Source of the DNA: Lachnospiraceae bacterium
Lineage (GTDB): Bacteria; Bacillota; Clostridia; Lachnospirales; Lachnospiraceae
Length of the DNA stretch: 32,000 bases
Assembly: GCA_017480565.1 (NCBI GenBank)
Contig: JAFVAL010000033.1
Span: 58,412-90,411, forward strand
Direction: 5' to 3'
Both the position numbers and the translations under genes were made by a program. The first letter of the stretch is position 1. Each line of letters starts with the position of its first letter. The notes under the pieces were generated by a model, which saw only the letters and a list, made by a program, of their open reading frames with translations, searched no databases and had not been told where the DNA came from. This document shows, one piece after another, positions 25,900-32,000 of this stretch.

Positions 25900-27014
25900 A
25901 GGCCAAACTCCTGACAAACTTCATGAAAACTCCGCAGAAACGCTGCGATCTCTTCCTCCGTGGTCAGATGACTTAAGCTGATCCGCCACGAAGACATCGC
26001 GTTCTTTTTATCCTTGCTCACCGCCATGACGGCGCGGGAAGGTGTCCCAGGCACCGCGCAGGCAGACTTCACCGAGACGCACACGCCACGATCACTCAGC
26101 GCTTCCTGAAATTCTAATCCCTTAATCCCCTTCACGCTTACATTTAAAATGTGTGGAATCGCGTCCTGTGGACTATTGATCCGCACTCTCGGATCGCGGG
26201 CAAATTCCTCCCGGAGCTTCCGGTTTAATTCTGCAACATATGCATACCTTTTCTCCACCTCCGGCAATGCCAGTGAAAGCGCTTTTAACAAGGCTGCATT
26301 CAGGCCAAGCGTCGGTGTGCCACTGCGGTAAAGGGAAGCGCCGGTGCCACCGTGAATCAACGGCTCAATGACCAGATCCTTCTTCTTTAATAATAAGCCG
26401 CTGCCGTTTAACCCATAAAACTTATGCGCCGCCAGACTCATCGTGTCCCCGGCAAACCGGTAGGGAATCTTCCCGATCGCCTGCGTCGCATCTACGTGCA
26501 GCTTACAATTCGGGTATTCTTTTAAAATGTCTGCGATCTCTTCCACGGGCTGCACCGTCCCAAGCTCAGAATCCACCGCACAGACGGTTACTAACACCGT
26601 ATCCTTGCGCAGGAGATCCCGCAGACTCTCTAAATCCACCTTGCCGTCGCGCCCGATGTCTAACATCTCCACGTCCCAGCCTTGCTCCTTTAAGCTCGTT
26701 AACGGGCCGCTCACCGAGGCGTGCTCAAGCGGTGTCGTCAAAATGTGTCTGCCGACGTGACGCATCGATCTGGCGATCCCCTTGATGGCCAGATTATTTG
26801 CCTCGCTCGCCCCGGACGTATAGATCACTTCCTCCGGCAATGCGCCAAGAAGCTTCGCGATCTCCTCTGTTGTCTTATGGAGCGATTTCGCCGCAAGCTG
26901 TCCCGCCGCATGGGCAGAATTCGGGTTCCCTGAAAATGTTCGCTCTGTCTTTGTAAATGCATCGAGCACCGCAGCATCTGCCGGTGTATTTGCTGAATAA
27001 TCAAGATATATCAT
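25896..27014 (-). CDS. Cysteine desulfurase (class V aminotransferase, NifS/IscS-like)
   Basis: PLP-lysine region SLAAHKFYG, active-site SVKSACA, and an N-terminus MIYLDYSANTP typical of the family. I chose the start at 27014 (RBS AGAGGGAAG) because the track extension to 27074 overlaps the promoter. Confidence 0.9.
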   Translation of the reverse strand: MIYLDYSANTPADAAVLDAFTKTERTFSGNPNSAHAAGQLAAKSLHKTTEEIAKLLGALPEEVIYTSGASEANNLAIKGIARSMRHVGRHILTTPLEHASVSGPLTSLKEQGWDVEMLDIGRDGKVDLESLRDLLRKDTVLVTVCAVDSELGTVQPVEEIADILKEYPNCKLHVDATQAIGKIPYRFAGDTMSLAAHKFYGLNGSGLLLKKKDLVIEPLIHGGTGASLYRSGTPTLGLNAALLKALSLALPEVEKRYAYVAELNRKLREEFARDPRVRINSPQDAIPHILNVSVKGIKGLEFQEALSDRGVCVSVKSACAVPGTPSRAVMAVSKDKKNAMSSWRISLSHLTTEEEIAAFLRSFHEVCQEFGL

Positions 27015-27038
27015 AGTTTCTTCCCTCTTATCGAGCTC

Positions 27039-27067
27039 ATTATAGGGGAGCGGCGGGACAAGGTCAA
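27039..27067 (-). promoter_or_regulatory. Candidate promoter of the cysteine desulfurase-ttcA operon
   Basis: On the minus strand: TTGACC (27067-27062), 17-nt spacer, TATAAT (27044-27039). Confidence 0.55.
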
Positions 27068-27138
27068 GAATCAATTCTATTAGTTAGTTTATGCAAACCA
27101 TTTTGCCCCCTTCTTCCCCCTTGTTTTCCAAAAAAGAC

Positions 27139-27167
27139 TTGTTGGATTCACATTTCCCCTATATAAT
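27139..27167 (+). promoter_or_regulatory. Candidate promoter of the hydrogenase operon
   Basis: TTGTTG (27139-27144), 17-nt spacer, TATAAT (27162-27167). A ~75-nt leader follows. Confidence 0.4.
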
Positions 27168-27243
27168 AAGATTGTTAAACTTTTGATGATCAAAGGGGTC
27201 ATTGCGCCCTTTTGTCAATCTAAAGATTGGAAAGGAATGTAAC

Positions 27244-27735
27244 ATGGCAAAGATTAACGAAGCTGCGAAACAGCAGATCCTTGAAATCTGCAACCGCTAC
27301 AAGGATGAGCCGACTCCTCTGATTATGATCTTAAGCGACATTCAGAACGAGTATGGATACATCCCGCTGGAGGTTCAGGAGATCGTATCGAAGGAGACAG
27401 GCATCTCTGTCGCTGAGATCTACGGTGTCGTAACCTTCTATTCTTTCTTCTCCCTGACGCCAAAGGGGAAGTATGTCATCGGCTGTTGCCTGGGTACCGC
27501 TTGCTACGTCAAGGGTGGTCAGCAGGTCATTGACAAGTTCTCTGAGATCTTAGGGATTGCGCCCGGTGAGACCACATCAGACGGGCTCTTTACATTAGAT
27601 GCACTCCGCTGCATCGGTGCATGTGGTATCGCTCCGGCTATCACCATCAACGGTACCGTTTACCCGAAGATGAGTGTTGGTCAGGTTCCCCAGGTTGTCG
27701 CTGAGTACAAAGCGAAGGAAGGAGTTCCGGCATGA
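27244..27735 (+). CDS. hydC: NuoE-like thioredoxin-fold [2Fe-2S] subunit of an NAD(P)H-linked [FeFe] hydrogenase (HydC/HndA type)
   Basis: Cluster motifs GCCLGTAC and RCIGACGIAPA. The start at 27244 follows GGAAAGGAA. The stop overlaps the next ATG (ATGA). Confidence 0.9.
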   Translation: MAKINEAAKQQILEICNRYKDEPTPLIMILSDIQNEYGYIPLEVQEIVSKETGISVAEIYGVVTFYSFFSLTPKGKYVIGCCLGTACYVKGGQQVIDKFSEILGIAPGETTSDGLFTLDALRCIGACGIAPAITINGTVYPKMSVGQVPQVVAEYKAKEGVPA

Positions 27736-29615
27736 TTAAGAGCGTTGAGAATTTAAACGAGACCGCTGCTGCTTGTACCAAGTGTCTGGAAGACAAGTTA
27801 GCAGGCAATGACGGCAAGCGTCACATCGTTCTGTGCGGTGGTACCTGATGTCTTTCCAGCCACTCTACAGAGATTATGGAGAAGTTTGAGCGCATCTTAG
27901 AGGAGCGCGGACTCTCTGAGAAGGCAACCGTGAACCAGGTCGGATGCTTCGGCTTCTGCTCCCAGGGTCCGTTTGTCAAGATTTTCCCGGAAGATACCCT
28001 GTATCGTCTGGTGAAGCTCGAGGATGTCGAAGAGATCATCGAGAAGGATATCGTTGGCGGCGAAGTCGTAGAGCGTCTGCTCTATGTTGAGCCTTTGACC
28101 GGCGAGAAGGTCTCCAAGCAGGATGACATCAACTTCTATAAGAAGCAGCGCAGAGTCGCACTTCGCGGCTGCGGCGTCATCAACCCGGAAGACATCAACG
28201 AAGCACTCGGTATGGGTGCATTTATTGGCTTAAAGAGAGCTCTTTCCATGACCCCGCAGGAAGTCATCGACGAAGTCCTTGCTTCCGGTATTCGTGGCCG
28301 TGGCGGCGCAGGTTTCCCGACCGGCAGAAAGTGGCAGTTCGCGAAGAACTCCGTCAGCGACATCAAGTATGTTGTCTGTAACGGTGATGAGGGTGACCCG
28401 GGTGCATTCATGGATCGTTCGATCCTGGAAGGAAACCCGCTTGGCGTCATCGAAGGTATGGTAATCGCTGGTTATGCGATCGGCGCTCAGAACGGTTATT
28501 TCTACGTTCGTGCAGAGTATCCGACCGCTGTTAAGAGACTGCGCATCGCAATCGCACAGGCAAGAGAGATCGGCCTGTTAGGCGAGAACATCATGGGAAC
28601 CGGATTTAGCTTCGATTGTCATCTCCGCCTCGGCGCTGGTGCTTTCGTCTGCGGTGAAGAGACTGCTCTGCTTAACTCCATCATGGGTAAGCGTGGTATG
28701 CCTCGTCCGAGACCGCCGTTCCCGGCAGTCAAGGGTCTGTGGGATCAGCCGACCATCGTTAACAACGTTGAGACACTAGCATGTATCCCGTTCATTTTAA
28801 GAGAAGGTGCAGAAGAATTCGCTAAGGTTGGTACCGAGAGATCCAAGGGAACCAAGGTATTCGCTCTGGGCGGCAAGGTCAACAACGTTGGTCTGGTGGA
28901 AGTTCCGATGGGAACCACGCTTCGCGAACTCATTTATGATATCGGCGGCGGCATCCCCGGCAACAAGAAGTTCAAAGCTATCCAGACCGGTGGTCCTTCC
29001 GGCGGCTGCTTAACCGAAGAATATTTGGATGAACCGATCGATTTCGATAACCTCGTAGCTAAGGGATCTATGATGGGCTCCGGCGGCGCGATCGTTATGG
29101 ATGAAGACAACTGTATGGTAGAAGTCGCGAAGTTCTACATGGAGTTCATTTGCGACGAGTCCTGTGGTAAGTGTACCCCTTGCCGTATCGGCACCAAGAG
29201 AATGCTCGAGATCTTAACCAAGATCACTGAGGGCAACGGCACCATGGAAGATCTGGCAGCACTTGAAGAGCTGTCTCAGACCGTCAGCACAAACTCTCTT
29301 TGCGCACTCGGTCAGACCGCTGCAAACCCGATCAACTCCACGATCTCTCATTTCCGCGACGAGTATATCGCTCATATCGTGGACAAGAAGTGCCCGGCTC
29401 ACGTCTGCAAGAAGTTAATGCAGTATGTGATCGATCCTGAGAAGTGTATCGGCTGCGGCATGTGCCAGAGAGGCTGCCCGGCTAGCTGCATCACCAGAAC
29501 TGACTATATTGCTCCGAAGCACAAACTCGCATCCATGAAGATTGATTCTTCCAAGTGCGTCAAGTGCGGCGCTTGTATCAGCACCTGTAAGTTCGGCGCA
29601 ATCGAGAAGAGATAA
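27732..29615 (+). pseudogene. hydB: NuoF-like flavoprotein subunit of [FeFe] hydrogenase (HydB/HndC type) with one in-frame TGA at 27846-27848
   Basis: The ATG at 27732 and the track ORF 27876-29615 share one frame. The N-terminal 38 codons (…HIVLCGGT) plus the downstream CLSS…GCFGFCSQGP rebuild the N-terminal [2Fe-2S] domain if the TGA is read. The rest is intact: GRGGAGFPTGRKW, ESCGKCTPCR and two C-terminal 4Fe-4S CxxCxxCxxxC motifs. Confidence 0.85.
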
Positions 29616-29627
29616 CAGGAGGAAATC

Positions 29628-31400
29628 ATGTCTACAGTGAATATCAAAATCGAAGGCATCCCCTATCAGGTGGAAAGCGGCCTTACCATTTTAGAAGCTG
29701 CAAAGAAATGTGGATATGAGATCCCTTCTCTTTGTGCTTTCAACCATGGCGAGTGCAACCAGGGTTCCTGCCGTGTCTGTCTCGTAGAGGCAACCGGTGC
29801 CAGAGGTCTGGTAGCAAGCTGTGTTTACCCGGTCAATGAGGGTATGGAGATCCGCATCTCTGCGCCGAAGGCAATTGAGGCCAGAAGAAGAAGCGTTGAG
29901 CTCCTCCTTTCCAATCACAACAAGAACTGCCAGCAGTGCGATAAGAACGGCAGCTGCGAGCTTCTGTATGTTGCACAGTTAACCGGTGCCAGAGAAGAAG
30001 CATTTGCAGGCGCTCATTCTGAGGTTCACATCGACCGTCTTGCACCCGCAATCGTTCGCGATACTTCCAAGTGTATCCTTTGCGGCCGCTGCATCGAGAG
30101 ATGTAAGAACGCACATGGCCTTGGTATCTTAGGCTTCGAGAACAGAGGTTTCAAGACCTTCGTTTCTCCTGCTGAGAACCGCAATTTCAATGACTCTCCT
30201 TGTATCCAGTGCGGACAGTGCGTCAACGTCTGCCCGACCGGCGCTTTGATGGAGCACTCCGAGATCGACAAGGTCGACGCTGCTTTCAAGGCTGGCAAGC
30301 ATGTCATCGTTCAGGCTGCGCCTGCAGTACGTGCTTCCCTCGGCGAAGAGTTCGGCTATCCGATCGGTACTCCGGTCACCGGCAAGATGATCGCTGCGCT
30401 TAGAAGACTGGGCTTTGAGAAAGTCTACGATGTCAACTTTGGTGCTGACCTTACCATCATGGAAGAAGGAACCGAGCTGCTTCACCGTTTAACCGAGGGC
30501 GGCGTGCTTCCGATGATCACTTCCTGTTCTCCTGGCTGGGTCAACTATGCAGAGTATAACTACGGCGATCTGCTGCCTCACCTTTCTTCCTGTAAGTCTC
30601 CTCACGAGATGCAGGGTGCAATCATCAAGTCCTACTGGGCTCAGGAGAAGGGCATTGCTCCGGAAGACATCTTCGTCGTCTCCGTCATGCCTTGTACTGC
30701 GAAGAAGTTTGAGAAGCAGAGAGAGCAGCTGAAGGTCAACGGTATCCCGGATGTGGATGCAGTCATCACCACCAGAGAGCTTGGCCGCATGATCAAGCGC
30801 TCCGGTATCCTCTTTGATCGTCTTCCTGACGAAGAGTGGGATCAGGACATCATGGGCGATTACTCCGGTGCAGGCGTCATCTTCGGCGTCACCGGCGGCG
30901 TAATGGAAGCAGCCCTTCGTACCGTTTACTTTAAGCTTACCGGCAAGGAATACGGCAAGGTAGAGTTTACCGAGGTTCGTGGCCACGATGCCGGCATCCG
31001 TGAAGCTGCCATCGATATCGACGGCACAGTTGTCAATGTGGCAATCGCTTCCGGTATGAAGTCCGCGAAGATTCTCCTTGATGAGATCCGTGAAGGCAAG
31101 TCCAAGTATCAGTTTATCGAGATCATGGGCTGCCCTGGCGGCTGCATCAACGGTGGCGGACAGTCTTATGTCAGACCTGTCTTCCTTCCGAAGGAGTCCG
31201 ATGACATCCTTGACACCTACAAGGAAAAGAGAGCAAAAGCTCTGTATTCCGAGGACGAGCGTCAGGTCATCCGTCAGTCTCACAACAATCCTCAGATCGT
31301 TGAGCTGTATGAGAAGTATCTCGGCGAGCCGAACTCTCATAAGGCACACGAGCTTCTGCATACCACCTATGCGGCAAGAGAAGGATTTAACGAGATCTAA
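29628..31400 (+). CDS. hydA: [FeFe] hydrogenase catalytic subunit (group A, multi-FeS N-terminus; HydA/HndD type)
   Basis: It has an N-terminal 2Fe-2S domain, the His-ligated cluster HNKNCQQCDKNGSCEL, two 4Fe-4S motifs (CILCGRCIERC, CIQCGQCVNVCP) and the H-cluster motifs TSCSPGW, MPCTAKKFE and EIMGCPGGCINGGGQ. Confidence 0.95.
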   Translation: MSTVNIKIEGIPYQVESGLTILEAAKKCGYEIPSLCAFNHGECNQGSCRVCLVEATGARGLVASCVYPVNEGMEIRISAPKAIEARRRSVELLLSNHNKNCQQCDKNGSCELLYVAQLTGAREEAFAGAHSEVHIDRLAPAIVRDTSKCILCGRCIERCKNAHGLGILGFENRGFKTFVSPAENRNFNDSPCIQCGQCVNVCPTGALMEHSEIDKVDAAFKAGKHVIVQAAPAVRASLGEEFGYPIGTPVTGKMIAALRRLGFEKVYDVNFGADLTIMEEGTELLHRLTEGGVLPMITSCSPGWVNYAEYNYGDLLPHLSSCKSPHEMQGAIIKSYWAQEKGIAPEDIFVVSVMPCTAKKFEKQREQLKVNGIPDVDAVITTRELGRMIKRSGILFDRLPDEEWDQDIMGDYSGAGVIFGVTGGVMEAALRTVYFKLTGKEYGKVEFTEVRGHDAGIREAAIDIDGTVVNVAIASGMKSAKILLDEIREGKSKYQFIEIMGCPGGCINGGGQSYVRPVFLPKESDDILDTYKEKRAKALYSEDERQVIRQSHNNPQIVELYEKYLGEPNSHKAHELLHTTYAAREGFNEI

Positions 31401-31415
31401 TCATTTGGTAACAAA

Positions 31416-31448
31416 GCGGTCCGTGGGAAGTTCCCCGGGCCGCTTTTT
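31416..31448 (+). terminator. Intrinsic terminator of the hydrogenase operon
   Basis: GCGGTCCGTGGG / CCCCGGGCCGC stem followed by TTTTT. Confidence 0.7.
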
Positions 31449-31481
31449 CATCTTCTGTTACTGTATTATTTATCAAATAAA

Positions 31482-32000
31482 ATGGCAGAATCACATTTTC
31501 AAAAAACACTCTCTGGCTTCCTCTATGATGTTGCAAGCGGTGACGCGGTTCGCCACATGGCAGATGTCGGTATGACCGTGCCGGAGATCAAAGAAAAGCT
31601 GGAGTTTCCGACCTCTGCAGAGCGCATCTCGCAGATGGTCTGGGATCATTTTGTGGCGACCGGAAAGATTTTGCTGGAGAAGCCAGAGCCCTCAAAAAGC
31701 TTCCAGAAAGTGAGCTATGTGAAGGAGACCGGCCCCTACGGAAAGGTCTCGTTTAAGCAAGTCTCGGAAGAAGTGCCTGCCTCAGGGAAGACCTATCTGC
31801 CCTGCAATTTCGGCAAGGAGATTTACAAGGACAAAAAGGCATTCCTAAAGAAGATCTCCGTCCTCTCAAAGCGCGATCAGGACTATCTTCTGTCCCTTCC
31901 CTGGACGCTTACGACCGTCTGGCACGAAGCGGATGAGCGGATGTCTCGGATTCACAGGCTGCTTTTCCCCAGTAGCGTAACATTACATTCGGGAAAATAA
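31482..32000 (+). CDS. Hypothetical protein (172 aa)
   Basis: Complete ORF from ATG to TAA at the window edge, with protein-like composition. I recognised no family or motif. Confidence 0.5.
   Translation: MAESHFQKTLSGFLYDVASGDAVRHMADVGMTVPEIKEKLEFPTSAERISQMVWDHFVATGKILLEKPEPSKSFQKVSYVKETGPYGKVSFKQVSEEVPASGKTYLPCNFGKEIYKDKKAFLKKISVLSKRDQDYLLSLPWTLTTVWHEADERMSRIHRLLFPSSVTLHSGK

Noticed and set aside
27015-27074. Longer N-termini suggested by the ORF track (cysteine desulfurase to 27074, rsmA to 13462, MATE from 21917, hydC from 27202, yesL from 9749, ttcA to 25917)
   Set aside because: Each extension lacks an RBS and overlaps a promoter or the neighbouring gene. The internal ATGs I chose have SD sequences and give family-typical N-termini.
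27846-27848. Selenocysteine insertion at the hydB TGA
   Set aside because: The aligned residue in homologues is Gly, not Cys. Only a 4-bp stem (CTCT..AGAG) follows, with no convincing bacterial SECIS. No sel genes are in the window. I cannot fully exclude it without a genome-wide check.
2073-27848. Genome-wide stop-codon reassignment (UGA=Gly as in SR1/Gracilibacteria, or UAG=pyrrolysine)
   Set aside because: TGA ends at least the AraC, metG, hipA, hydC and cysteine desulfurase genes, and TAG ends tatD and the MATE gene. All of these end at lengths that look normal for their families, so both codons function as stops here.
30489-31361. A 290-aa ORF antisense to hydA
   Set aside because: The same reasoning applies. 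It sits opposite a confidently identified gene and has non-protein-like composition and no RBS.
1-32000. Scan for tRNA/rRNA genes, CRISPR repeat-spacer arrays, IS elements and prophage or defence-island genes
   Set aside because: I found no T-loop-like GGTTCGAAT motifs in the intergenic regions I read by eye. I also found no regularly spaced 25-40-bp repeats, and no transposase, integrase or recombinase ORFs. Apart from hipBA, the window looks like core chromosome.

Overview
The window reads like a chromosomal segment from a Clostridia/Lachnospiraceae-type Firmicute: mid-50s % GC by eye, AGGAGG-type ribosome-binding sites, TTGACA/TATAAT promoters and hairpin+T-tract terminators. Left to right it holds: the 3' end of an unidentified gene; a PAP2 phosphatase; and an alpha-galactoside (raffinose/melibiose-type) locus. 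That locus has a divergent MsmX/MsmK-like ABC ATPase, then a lipoprotein SBP, two permeases, an AraC regulator, a GH36 alpha-galactosidase, an uncharacterised membrane-anchored protein and a YesL/DUF624 protein. Next come a six-TM protein with a zinc ribbon at each end; the housekeeping block tadA-rsmA-tatD-(TraX-like)-metG; a secreted 3xSH3b amidase_3 wall hydrolase; a GH78 alpha-L-rhamnosidase; a MATE exporter; a hipBA toxin-antitoxin cassette; and a TtcA-like PP-loop ATPase with a cysteine desulfurase. The window ends with a hydC-hydB-hydA (NuoE/NuoF-like plus [FeFe] catalytic subunit) hydrogenase operon and a hypothetical gene. I recognised no rRNA, tRNA, CRISPR array, transposase or integrase, and I found no convincing new multi-gene system. 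Points worth follow-up: (1) the hipBA module sits exactly between two perfect 36-bp direct repeats that are each a terminator hairpin, as if a TA cassette had inserted into and duplicated a convergent terminator; (2) its control region has three GCCGTACGGC palindromes phased at exactly 39 bp; (3) two otherwise intact, conserved genes (the only ATPase of the sugar transporter, and hydB) each carry one in-frame stop at a conserved position; (4) HydA reads TSCSPGW where the canonical H-cluster motif is TSCCPxW; (5) a double-zinc-ribbon membrane protein of unknown function; (6) a ~455-bp repeat-rich non-coding gap inside the metG-tatD housekeeping block. Family calls come from motif recognition by eye, with no database search.
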